From a virus: a DNA stretch of 64,000 nucleotides. Below the pieces are notes generated by a model. That model was not told where the DNA came from and did not search any database. It worked only from the letters and a program-made list of their open reading frames with translations. Positions 10,678 to 19,832 of the stretch are shown here, piece after piece. Made by a program: the position numbers and the translations under genes. Position 1 is the first letter of the stretch. Each line of letters begins with the position of its first letter. The DNA is taken from the IMG/VR virus record IMGVR_UViG_3300029822_000865. One strand, written 5' to 3'.

Positions 10678-11192
10678 TGGACTGGATGATGAAAAGAAAG
10701 TATAAACATCTTTCAACAATGGCTCAAAAAATAAGCACCAGCACAGGTAAGAAAGTAACTATTGAGGATTTAGGGTTACTTTTTAAGAATATTGTGTTTT
10801 CTTTTTGTGCAAAATACACTTATTATACTTCTACTGTTTTAAAAGATAGGGAATTAGGTATGAACATGGAAATAAGGAAAAACATATTTAATTCAATAAT
10901 AAACTTGTTTCTAAAACCATCTTTTTCACCTAAGGTTTACAATTCAGACACGAGTTTGGTATCTTTTATTTCGAGAGAGATAGATTTAGAACAATACGGG
11001 GTGTTTGCTGACTTTATAGTAGAGGCGGCAAGAGATATATTTGTGTACTTAATTGTTTCTGCACCTGCTGAAATGCTTGACCTAAAAGAGTATCGGGAAT
11101 TTATTGTTGACGTGTTGATAGATTACTTAGACGTTGTAAAAACATATCATGTTACAAAACCGATAAATAGAGAAAAAATAGGGTTAAGTTAA
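10677..11192 (+). CDS. hypothetical protein
   Basis: 171-aa ORF whose start overlaps the helicase stop (taatg). Confidence 0.7.
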   Translation: MDWMMKRKYKHLSTMAQKISTSTGKKVTIEDLGLLFKNIVFSFCAKYTYYTSTVLKDRELGMNMEIRKNIFNSIINLFLKPSFSPKVYNSDTSLVSFISREIDLEQYGVFADFIVEAARDIFVYLIVSAPAEMLDLKEYREFIVDVLIDYLDVVKTYHVTKPINREKIGLS

Positions 11193-11278
11193 AAAAGGTA
11201 TTAAAATTTCGTGACACTACAGTTGTTAAGCACTTCATCAGTATAATAGGTAATCAAAATTATACTGGGGGTTGTGAG

Positions 11279-11395
11279 ATGCAACAGATAAAAGAAAGTG
11301 TAATGGGCAGTTTGATTTTATTCGCTTTACTGGGTTTATTACTATTTACGGGAGAGACAATTATTAAATTTCTGGAACACTTTATATTTAAGTAA
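11279..11395 (+). CDS. 38-aa single-TM hydrophobic peptide
   Basis: Manual translation: MQQIKESVMGSLILFALLGLLLFTGETIIKFLEHFIFK. GGGGG RBS upstream. Confidence 0.5.
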   Translation: MQQIKESVMGSLILFALLGLLLFTGETIIKFLEHFIFK

Positions 11396-11411
11396 AAAAT
11401 TCTTTTAACGG

Positions 11412-11595
11412 ACGTACACACATGTGAGTAGTGAGGGTGACAGCTTATATGTCTTGAATATTCCTGTTAGGTTGCATAGGTAGAACAGTTGAAATGATAT
11501 ACACTGCTACTGAAAAATTTATAAGTGTAAGACGAGGCAACATGTCGAGGATATTTTGAATTGTATATTAGAATTGTGAAAACATGTGTGTATGT
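11412..11595 (+). ncRNA. candidate rod-like structured RNA (~184 nt)
   Basis: 11412-11425 (ACGTACACACATGT) pairs with 11582-11595 (ACATGTGTGTATGT), 14 bp with one G-U. Nested helices: AATAT(T)CCT/AGGATATT, GTTGC/GCAAC, TACACT/AGTGTA. Confidence 0.35.
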
Positions 11596-11655
11596 AATAA
11601 CTTACTATTAAATTTGATTTGAAACTTAAAATTGAGTTGGGAGTTTTTAAGCTAT

Positions 11656-11678
11656 AGCGACTGTTAAGTCGCTTTTTT
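11656..11678 (+). terminator. Rho-independent terminator
   Basis: AGCGACT-GTTA-AGTCGCT followed by a T tract. Confidence 0.8.
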
Positions 11679-11739
11679 AATTAAAGACAATAAGTTAATA
11701 GGAAGTGTATCAGTATCGTTAAAAAAGGGGGTAGGGGCT

Positions 11740-12843
11740 GTGAAGTGCGTACAAAAATTATTTATTGGGGTATTAATAGTCTTTATACTATTACAGGTTG
11801 GTATGGTGGTTTCAAATGCCGCATTTATAGAATACGGAGATTATAAACTTGATGGCTGCGGCATAGATAACCCGACATACTATATAATAAGAGAATACAC
11901 AGGTACTGGGGGGGATATAGTGCTGCCTGATTATTATAATGGCGTTCCAATAACCGGAACACATGCAGTGCAAGGGGTATACCCGCTACGTAACAAAAAT
12001 ATCACTTCAGTTACTATTCCAGAAACATTCACTCTCTTGGTCAATAGAAATTTTGCTCAAAACCTACTCACGAGTATAACTATACCCTCAAACATAAAAC
12101 AAATACATGGCAGGGCTTTTGATTCAAATAACTTGACTAACGTAGTAATAGAAGATGGTGTGAATGAAATTTGGGAGTACGCTTTTACTAATAATAACTT
12201 AACCGAGATTATTCTTCCAAAGTCTATAACCTTAATGCAAGCGAACGTTTTTTATAATAATCCTAATCTCACAACAATAACAGTATATAAAGATTCATAT
12301 GCTGAACAATGGGCTAAAGATAATGGATATAGCGTAAAGTATGTGAAAGAGCCTAGTGTACTTAATTTAAATGGGACAATTAACCCGACAATCTTATCAG
12401 TGACAGTACCTACAACATTAGCATTTACAATAAACCCGAATGATTTAGAGCATCCACTTGTAAGTAGCGAACTTACAATAACAAACAACACAAATGCACA
12501 GGTAGAAGTATTGGTGAACAAATTTGAAGTTTCTGGCGGATACACGTCTTTGATGGATGTGTTACCTACAAGATTTACAGATCAACAGTGGAGTGGGCTT
12601 AACCGATTCGATTCAGAGCATAATATTGCGTTGGCTTTACAGCCGATAAGGGAAGAGGACTGGGCTAAGATAGAGTTAAATCCGGTATGGGCAAAAACAG
12701 TACAAGATATAGGGTATCGTAGATTGGGGGTATTAAAACCGAACTCAGTTTCTTCTCTAACAGTTATCGGTAAGCACGGGAGATTATTTTCAGAACAGAT
12801 CGATTTTACATATGCAGTTTGTTTTGTACTAAGTTTAGAATAA
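11740..12843 (+). CDS. BspA-type leucine-rich-repeat (LRR_5) secreted/surface protein 1
   Basis: Signal peptide. Repeats 'LTSITIPSNIKQIHGRAFDSNNLTNVVIEDGVNEIWEYAFTNNNLTEIILPKSIT'. Confidence 0.85.
   Translation: MKCVQKLFIGVLIVFILLQVGMVVSNAAFIEYGDYKLDGCGIDNPTYYIIREYTGTGGDIVLPDYYNGVPITGTHAVQGVYPLRNKNITSVTIPETFTLLVNRNFAQNLLTSITIPSNIKQIHGRAFDSNNLTNVVIEDGVNEIWEYAFTNNNLTEIILPKSITLMQANVFYNNPNLTTITVYKDSYAEQWAKDNGYSVKYVKEPSVLNLNGTINPTILSVTVPTTLAFTINPNDLEHPLVSSELTITNNTNAQVEVLVNKFEVSGGYTSLMDVLPTRFTDQQWSGLNRFDSEHNIALALQPIREEDWAKIELNPVWAKTVQDIGYRRLGVLKPNSVSSLTVIGKHGRLFSEQIDFTYAVCFVLSLE
12262..12314 (+). repeat. 53-bp perfect direct repeat, copy 1 (copy 2 at 13320-13372)
   Basis: CCTAATCTCACAACAATAACAGTATATAAAGATTCATATGCTGAACAATGGGC is identical in both LRR genes. 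Confidence 0.9.
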
Positions 12844-12863
12844 ATGTGTGTTTTTAGAAAGGG

Positions 12864-13904
12864 ATGATAGCTGTGAAAGTCAAAAGGAAATTGAGTATTA
12901 GTATTTTAGTTGTTTTAAGTTTATGTTTAAACATTTGGATATGTGTTGTTTATGCGGAAGAATCGCCTGTGGAAGATTTCTACATTGTAAACATAGGGGG
13001 AACGGGCTTTCTAAGAGGATATAATGGGGTTGACACGGACATTGTTATACCTGCGTATTATCAAGAGTGTCCAATAGTGTATATTGACGACACGTATGGG
13101 TATAAACCCTTTGCGAATAAAAATTTGAACTTAGTTGTGTTTCCTATTACACTGGAATCTATTGGCGCATATAGTTTTCTTAACAATAATCTAATGTCGA
13201 TAAATGTAATAGAGGGAGTTACACGTATAGGGCATAATGCTTTTGAAAATAATAAGTTAACTGAAGTAGTACTTCCAAGGTCGTTAATAAATATAGGTGC
13301 GGATGTGTTTTTAAACAACCCTAATCTCACAACAATAACAGTATATAAAGATTCATATGCTGAACAATGGGCAATGGATAACGGCTATTCGGTTGAGTAC
13401 ATTAGAGAACCATCGAAGATTCTAGTAGATGGCAGCGTTGAACCAACAGTCATCAATATTACGATACCTTATACACTGTCGTTCACAATAAACCCAAACA
13501 ATATAGAAGGAGATACTATCCTAAGTAGTGCGCTTGTTTTGACCAATAACACATACGCACCTGTTAAAGTAGGTATTGACGTGTTTACAGAATTGCCCAC
13601 AAGCAGCCATCAATTTGAGGATATACACACGTCGAGGTATACGGATGAAGAGTGGAATAATCTTAATAGCTTTTTTTCAGAGACTTACATTGCATTAGGG
13701 TTACAGCCAGTTGATGTTCTGGAATGGCAGACAACAGTTAATACTATATGGGCGAGAACAATACAAGATATAGGATATCAGGGAATGGGGGTATTAAAAC
13801 CGAACTCTTCTGCAAAAATAAAAGTTGTTGGCAAACATGGCAGAATGTTTTCAGAGGAACTTAATGTCGAGTACACGGTTAGGTTTATATTAGAATTAAA
13901 CTAA
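12864..13904 (+). CDS. BspA-type LRR secreted/surface protein 2 (paralog)
   Basis: Signal peptide and LRR_5 repeats. The C-terminal domain aligns with protein 1 (TINP, ALGLQP, IQDIGY, GVLKPNS, GKHGR.FSE). Confidence 0.85.
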   Translation: MIAVKVKRKLSISILVVLSLCLNIWICVVYAEESPVEDFYIVNIGGTGFLRGYNGVDTDIVIPAYYQECPIVYIDDTYGYKPFANKNLNLVVFPITLESIGAYSFLNNNLMSINVIEGVTRIGHNAFENNKLTEVVLPRSLINIGADVFLNNPNLTTITVYKDSYAEQWAMDNGYSVEYIREPSKILVDGSVEPTVINITIPYTLSFTINPNNIEGDTILSSALVLTNNTYAPVKVGIDVFTELPTSSHQFEDIHTSRYTDEEWNNLNSFFSETYIALGLQPVDVLEWQTTVNTIWARTIQDIGYQGMGVLKPNSSAKIKVVGKHGRMFSEELNVEYTVRFILELN

Positions 13905-13961
13905 GGAGATGATATAACTATGAAAATTAAGAAGACTTTAACAATCTGTGTTTTAGAGTGT

Positions 13962-13990
13962 TTGACGAGGAAGTTTTATTTAAGTATAAT
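13962..13990 (+). promoter_or_regulatory. sigmaA-type promoter
   Basis: TTGACG-17 nt-TATAAT. Confidence 0.75.
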
Positions 13991-14139
13991 ATTCAGTTTA
14001 TTTTTGATGTACTTGAATGACTTGCAGACCATCTGAATAAGGATGTTTGCAAGTTATTTTGTATATTAAACAAAGTCTGTTTTTAATGACATCCCAAGTA
14101 AGTAATTGTCGAAAAATTTGAGACAGGAGAGATAAAAAC

Positions 14140-14937
14140 ATGGCTTGTACTTGTAATAGTGGATTTAGGTATTTAAAAGGGAGACCTGTACCTTGTCCTA
14201 TATGTAATAAAGATGGAAAAGTAATTAACAGGGCATCTTTAGTGAAAATAGAGGGTATCAGCGAAGAAACCCGAGAAGTTGTTAAAATTGAAGAGCCACC
14301 TAAAACAATAGAACAAATATTGATGATACCTGACTGTTATGCGGATAAGAGATATTCAAGAACCGTTATTAATTCTATGCTAAGGGGTTTAACAGCAGAT
14401 AGATTATTTGACAAGTTAGACTCATTAATACTAAATACAAGAAACGGTCAAATTAGACAAGAGAATTGTTTCTTTTTTGCTCCACAGAAGTTTGACTTAG
14501 ATCTGTGGGCTTACACATTTCTAAAAGAATCTTACGAACATGGAAAATCTGTATTACCTTATATTTCCTTAGATGTACTTTGGGGAATTTGGCTATTAAC
14601 AAACGATACCCCAAACATAAAGCCAGAAGTCAAGGAATCACTTGATTACATGAGTGAATCATTGAATTTAACATGGTATGATTTATTGCTAGGGGATATA
14701 TTAGTCTTAAAATTACCTGCTGTGTACAACAATAAAACATTGACAATATTAATGAGCTTAGTCACACAAAGGGTATTGCATAATAAACCTACTTATTTAA
14801 TCTCATACTGGAAATCCGCAGTTGTTAAAAAATCAACGGGCGGCGCATTTATTTTTAAGGAAGATGAAAACTATGGTATGAATCAATTCACAATATATGA
14901 GCATTTAGGGTTTTTAGATGAAAGAAAAAGAGTTTAA
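14140..14937 (+). CDS. degenerate DnaC/IstB-like helicase-loader protein
   Basis: N-terminal Zn motif 'CTCNSG...PCPIC', 'IPDCYADKRY', Walker B-like 'DILVL', and 'LVTQRVLHNKPTYLIS' (DnaC-type R...KPT motif). No GKT. Confidence 0.5.
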   Translation: MACTCNSGFRYLKGRPVPCPICNKDGKVINRASLVKIEGISEETREVVKIEEPPKTIEQILMIPDCYADKRYSRTVINSMLRGLTADRLFDKLDSLILNTRNGQIRQENCFFFAPQKFDLDLWAYTFLKESYEHGKSVLPYISLDVLWGIWLLTNDTPNIKPEVKESLDYMSESLNLTWYDLLLGDILVLKLPAVYNNKTLTILMSLVTQRVLHNKPTYLISYWKSAVVKKSTGGAFIFKEDENYGMNQFTIYEHLGFLDERKRV

Positions 14938-14957
14938 CAGAATATAGAGGTAACCTT

Positions 14958-15737
14958 ATGGAAATGTTTACGGAATATGAAAAGACTACAATGGTGTTAT
15001 CCTTGATATCGGAATTATTGACAAGAAAAAGATCGTTATTCACACTAAAAAACAGTGAAAGCATAGTTAGATTTTTATATGACAGGTATAACTTGGAGTT
15101 TAACGATAGAGATATTGACTGGGCGTTCAATGTGAATTATTTTTTGTACCATATGTTTTCAAAAGGTATTAAGAATAACACAGATATGAATGATGAACAA
15201 AAAGAAATGATAGAAGTTGCAGCAAAAGAAGTAGTAGACTCTATTATTTTTAAAAGAGCAGTAGAGATTACGAATTCAATTACAATTAAGTATAAAACAG
15301 TTTCAAGAGTAAAAGAGCTTTTAACAGAAGTATTGTACGGTAGATATGAGAGATCTCCACTTAACGCTGAGATATTTTTTGCAAAAATAAATAAAGATAT
15401 AAAAGGTAAATTTGTTAAGCCTTTTGAGTTAAATGTAAATGGTAAGACAAGGGTAGTTTTCGGAGAGTTACTTGAATTATTTGCATCTGAAAGGGATAGA
15501 GGGTTACCTTTATCATTGGAATCTATTATTCCTGATTTAGCAGTTTACAGACCTGCTAGCAAATGGGGTATTATGTCGATTTCTAAAAAATTAGTATTAT
15601 TTAATGCACCAAAAGAGGGTATATTATTAGACTTGGTGGTTGAGTATCAGAATTTTATCAAAGAACATTTTGTAGGTAGAATAGGAGTACACACAACAGT
15701 ACCTTATAAATCGGAATATATTGATAAACATATATAG
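14958..15737 (+). CDS. hypothetical protein
   Basis: 259-aa ORF with GAGG RBS. Confidence 0.7.
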   Translation: MEMFTEYEKTTMVLSLISELLTRKRSLFTLKNSESIVRFLYDRYNLEFNDRDIDWAFNVNYFLYHMFSKGIKNNTDMNDEQKEMIEVAAKEVVDSIIFKRAVEITNSITIKYKTVSRVKELLTEVLYGRYERSPLNAEIFFAKINKDIKGKFVKPFELNVNGKTRVVFGELLELFASERDRGLPLSLESIIPDLAVYRPASKWGIMSISKKLVLFNAPKEGILLDLVVEYQNFIKEHFVGRIGVHTTVPYKSEYIDKHI

Positions 15738-15871
15738 GTATACATTAACATTGCAATAAAAAATCGAAGGATTGATAGTATTATTTCCTTACGTATTGTT
15801 TTTATAGGACATAGAGAGTAAAGAAGTAAAGTTTGGGAAATAAATTTATTATTTGGAGAGGAATGCTGACA

Positions 15872-16519
15872 ATGTTAAAGGTAGGACAGAATGTGGATGT
15901 TAAAACGTTTACCAATGAGTGTAAGAGTGTTGTCACTAACAGAATCGGCGACTGTGTCCACTTTTACATGCCGACAGAGAAAGGGGTATTAATCGAGCTA
16001 CAACAATCGGAAGAAATCCTATTATTGTATATGGAGAACAAAAGTTTATACGAACAAAGGGTAAAGGTAAAATCTATCTATGAGGAAAATAACATTAAAA
16101 TCGTACAGGCAATATGCACTGATAAACCTCAGAAAGCGGAAAGACGGGGGTTTTACAGGGTAAAAGAGGCTATACTATTCGATATTGAAAATAGTGACAC
16201 GGATAAGGATTATTTTAAAACATCAGATATAAGCGGTGGCGGATTTTGTTTTCATACGGACAGGCAGTTTGAGGTAGGAGACAAGTTAAAAGGGAATATA
16301 CATTTAGAAAATAACATTGACATACAGTATGAGGGTATTGTAGTACGTAAGATTGAACTTTCAAAGAGGAAAAAGGAATTTGGTGTGAGGTTTATAGCTA
16401 TTGAATTTAAGAAACAGGAAAAACTTTTAAGCTACATATTTGACATTCAGAGACGTGATTTAAAAAAGAGAAGTACAAGTTGGAGAATGCATCAGCCTAA
16501 AAAGAAAACAGATAAGTAG
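15872..16519 (+). CDS. PilZ-domain c-di-GMP receptor (YcgR/flagellar-brake-like)
   Basis: 'ERRGFYRV' (RxxxR) and 'DISGGGFCF' (DxSxxG), with an N-terminal PilZN-like region. ATG chosen by GGAGAGG RBS spacing; the ORF track starts at 15833. Confidence 0.85.
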   Translation: MLKVGQNVDVKTFTNECKSVVTNRIGDCVHFYMPTEKGVLIELQQSEEILLLYMENKSLYEQRVKVKSIYEENNIKIVQAICTDKPQKAERRGFYRVKEAILFDIENSDTDKDYFKTSDISGGGFCFHTDRQFEVGDKLKGNIHLENNIDIQYEGIVVRKIELSKRKKEFGVRFIAIEFKKQEKLLSYIFDIQRRDLKKRSTSWRMHQPKKKTDK

Positions 16520-16641
16520 AGTTAAAAACAGGACAAGTGTGAATTTAGAAAAGACAATACATCAGTAGTTGTAACTCTAAGGGTTAACATGAATAATGAT
16601 TTATGCAACAAATATAAAGGAGCTGAAATAAAAGCATCTTA

Positions 16642-16860
16642 TTGAATGACACGTATAACATGTATGATGTGTACGACATAACTAATGGTAGATTTAAGTA
16701 TACAACCAGAATATTTGCAAAAAGAGTAGATCATGCGGTCAATAAATTTGCTAAAGATAGCGGACTTGGGCGTTTAGAGTTACAGAAAGATTTAGAGACA
16801 AAAGGTGTTTGGTATGCCTATTCAAACACTGTCCACTTGCAGGTGAATTTGTTTCAATAA
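16642..16860 (+). CDS. small hypothetical protein
   Basis: 72-aa ORF, TTG start, AAGGAG upstream. Confidence 0.45.
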   Translation: MNDTYNMYDVYDITNGRFKYTTRIFAKRVDHAVNKFAKDSGLGRLELQKDLETKGVWYAYSNTVHLQVNLFQ

Positions 16861-16914
16861 TTTTTTGACTTAAAAATACTTCAATATTAAATTGCAAAAA
16901 ATAAATTGGACAGG

Positions 16915-16963
16915 AAAAAATCACATTGTACTATGTAAGGAATAGAGTACAAGGTGATTTTTT
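16915..16963. terminator. bidirectional terminator-like hairpin
   Basis: AAAAAATCAC-A-TTGTACT ... AGTACAA-G-GTGATTTTTT. Confidence 0.6.
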
Positions 16964-17199
16964 ATTCCATATAAGTATACTAATAGGAGAAAACATTCAG
17001 CGAAAATGCTATTTCGTTGAATCTCAACAAATGGGAGTAAGTTATGTAAACTAAATAGGAGAAATAGTGCCACAAGATGAGGGGTTAAAGGGTTACATCG
17101 TTAATAACGTGTGTATGTGGGGTTACAGATCATAAGATTAGTTACAAAGGATATAGGAAATTATTCGAATCAATTTAATGTGGAAGTGAGGTCATATTT

Positions 17200-18108
17200 A
17201 TGAGTGACAACAACAAATCCAAGGGGTACTACTGGAAAAAGCTTATGAAGTTCATGGAAGAAGATGAAAAATTAAAGGAATATTATAAGGGACAGCCTCT
17301 TAGGTTGTACAGATTAGAGTACAAGGATAACAAAAGCGATCTTGTTAATGTTGAAATATATGAGGCTTACAGTAAAGATGAGGCAGTTAACATATTAACG
17401 AACGCATATAAAGATTTGGATGGAAACTTAGGTAAAGATGGGTTGACCGAAATATTTAAAGTTGTAGAGATAACGAATATAGATACGTATCTCGATTGTA
17501 TGTTTGAGATGCAGCAACAACACATGATAATATGGGGCTGTTCAAAGGAACGGGCGCAACAAGTATACGAGGATTTACATATGCACGTTGTAGATAACTA
17601 TTTCCCTATATGGAAAAATAATAAAAAAGAGACTACAGAGTGTGGAAGTAAGGGTGTATGCTCTACTGGTGAAAACGATGTTTTTAAAGCACTGGACAGT
17701 AATGAAGTGTTTGGTGAATTTGACACGCCTGTAGAGTTAGAAGCACAATTTGAGGAAGAAGACCAAAGGTATAAAAAAGCTACAAGAGATAAGACTAAAG
17801 CATATAGAGTTGAATATAGGGTTAATCCTGGATGGGATAGCTTTGTCGACATTATTGAGATCAGTAACACAGAGAATATAATGCAAAAGATACAGAGTTA
17901 TTTTGAGAATCGTAAAGAAAGTGTAACTGTAGTTAACTTAACAGAAATTGAAAGTTTACATGAATGTATTAAATACGCTCACGACACGTATATAAGTTTA
18001 TTACAGAGGAAGTGTCCGGTGTGTAAGGCAAAAGAAATAATTTCAGAGCTTCTTGCGTATTTATTGAATAGATATTTAATTAGATGGGTGAAATACGACA
18101 GGTGGTAA
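17200..18108 (+). CDS. hypothetical protein with internal domain duplication
   Basis: 'LYRLEY...VNVEIYE' and 'AYRVEY...VDIIEIS' begin two similar halves. Confidence 0.7.
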   Translation: MSDNNKSKGYYWKKLMKFMEEDEKLKEYYKGQPLRLYRLEYKDNKSDLVNVEIYEAYSKDEAVNILTNAYKDLDGNLGKDGLTEIFKVVEITNIDTYLDCMFEMQQQHMIIWGCSKERAQQVYEDLHMHVVDNYFPIWKNNKKETTECGSKGVCSTGENDVFKALDSNEVFGEFDTPVELEAQFEEEDQRYKKATRDKTKAYRVEYRVNPGWDSFVDIIEISNTENIMQKIQSYFENRKESVTVVNLTEIESLHECIKYAHDTYISLLQRKCPVCKAKEIISELLAYLLNRYLIRWVKYDRW

Positions 18109-18151
18109 TTTTCACACTTAGGTGGTAATATGTTAAAGGGGTGGTGAAAAG

Positions 18152-18976
18152 TTGACTGTACGGAAATTATTTGAGCAGGAAGTTAGGGAAAAGAAAAGGA
18201 CAGCAAGCGGTGTAAGGGGTATGCGCACTAATAGGTATATACACACCCTTAAAACACCGTCTAGTTATTTAAGCGGTAAGGCACTCAGAGAATATACTAA
18301 ACCAAGTAAAGTTGAGGTGTATAACATGAAAGAGTATGTACAAGCGGATGAATTGGGGTTAGTATTGTATAAACTTAAACCCCATTTAACAGACAGAGGG
18401 ATAAAAATTAAGGAAGTTTTAAATCTCTTAAATTGGGATGAACTTCGTTTCCTGCCAGTTGCTACAATTAAGTTTATTTACAATCAAGAGATACGGCAAA
18501 ATATAAATCTCTATGCGGCTCACTGGGGAGTAAAAAAGCAACAAATAGTTGATTTACTTTCCTTGGCAAGGCGTAAAACAGAAAGAGGACTTATATACAT
18601 GTATCAGCCAAACACTATTGTATCGTGGGCGAAGAGAGCGAACATTGACATTGAAAACGAGGATGTTCAAACGAAGTTAGCGGAGTATGGAGCATTTGAG
18701 GGACTTAGATCGGCGGGGAAAACCGACATTAAAAAAGAAGTTTTACCTCAAAAAGAAGCTTTCATTGAAAAAGATACAGCCTCTATTACGCCTATTGAGG
18801 AAAAAAGAGATACGCCAGTAAATAGTACGACTGGAAAACCTAAAATTAGTCAGTTTGATAGTGTTTCATTCAACATAACTTCTTCCGATAAAGATTCGTG
18901 CTTGGAGTATGTACTTGCGGTGCTAGATATGATTGACGGTAAATTCAACATAGACATTAAAGTTAGTGCTGAATAA
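18152..18976 (+). CDS. hypothetical protein, basic N-terminus
   Basis: 274-aa ORF, TTG start, GGGGTG RBS. Confidence 0.7.
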   Translation: MTVRKLFEQEVREKKRTASGVRGMRTNRYIHTLKTPSSYLSGKALREYTKPSKVEVYNMKEYVQADELGLVLYKLKPHLTDRGIKIKEVLNLLNWDELRFLPVATIKFIYNQEIRQNINLYAAHWGVKKQQIVDLLSLARRKTERGLIYMYQPNTIVSWAKRANIDIENEDVQTKLAEYGAFEGLRSAGKTDIKKEVLPQKEAFIEKDTASITPIEEKRDTPVNSTTGKPKISQFDSVSFNITSSDKDSCLEYVLAVLDMIDGKFNIDIKVSAE

Positions 18977-19008
18977 ACTATCGACTTTAAATTAAATAAT
19001 ATAAAGTG

Positions 19009-19035
19009 AAAAGCTGACGGGAGTATCAGCTTTTT
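19009..19035. terminator. Rho-independent terminator
   Basis: AAAAGCTGA...TCAGCTTTTT. Confidence 0.75.
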
Positions 19036-19050
19036 CTTTTAAGTTGATAA

Positions 19051-19590
19051 GTGGGCGGTGGTACTGTGGTTGTGTTAGGTAACATATTAGGTGCAGTAGG
19101 TTCAATATTGTTTGCTATATCGGTTTACTCAAAAACCAAAGAGGGTATGGTAAAGATACAGACCTGGAAAAAGATAGTAGACATAGTGAGTTGTTTGGTG
19201 TTAAAAGGATTCACAGGGGCAATATCTAGCATAGTTACATTGACTAGGAACATTTTTGTACTGAAGAAATGGGATTCAAAATGGCACACTATATTTTTGA
19301 TCTCTATTACGTTTATAGTGAACATCCCTTTTGTCGATAGCTTTTATTCAGTATTACCTTGTGTGGCGAGTGTAGGCTATACTTTAGGTATGCTTATTGC
19401 TAAACAACCTAAACACTTGAAATGGTCTATGTTAATAACACAAATAATGTGGTTTGTTTATCACTTACACATACTTAATTATGTTTCTGCAATTACAACT
19501 ATAATATTAGCGATTAACACAGTTGTGTCACTTGTTATACCTGAGAAAAGTCTAAAGAATAGAAGTGCAGAAAGCAATCAAGCTACATAA
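19051..19590 (+). CDS. YgjV-family inner membrane protein
   Basis: Multi-TM protein. 'LGAVG..LF..S...KTK', 'LKGFTGA...LTRN' and 'W.VYH...NY' match the YgjV pattern. Confidence 0.6.
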   Translation: MGGGTVVVLGNILGAVGSILFAISVYSKTKEGMVKIQTWKKIVDIVSCLVLKGFTGAISSIVTLTRNIFVLKKWDSKWHTIFLISITFIVNIPFVDSFYSVLPCVASVGYTLGMLIAKQPKHLKWSMLITQIMWFVYHLHILNYVSAITTIILAINTVVSLVIPEKSLKNRSAESNQAT

Positions 19591-19832
19591 GAAGTGATAT
19601 TTGGTTTTTCTAAGGACATTCAAGAACAGCATGACATAGATAATAGAGAATTGAAGTGTTGTTATGCGTTTTCAAGACATAAATACACTTCAATTTTCGT
19701 GTTATAAGAAGTACAAAAGGGTATCAAGGGTAATTGAAATTCTTATACTTAATTTAATTCTTATTTACTTTGTATAAAATTAGTACTGTAATGATAAAAA
19801 AGGTAGTTTCATAAATATTTAAAATTTGAGGG

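Noticed and set aside
15740-15870. c-di-GMP riboswitch upstream of the PilZ gene
   Set aside because: No class I (GGCAAA...GAAA...GACGCAAAG) or class II consensus is present.
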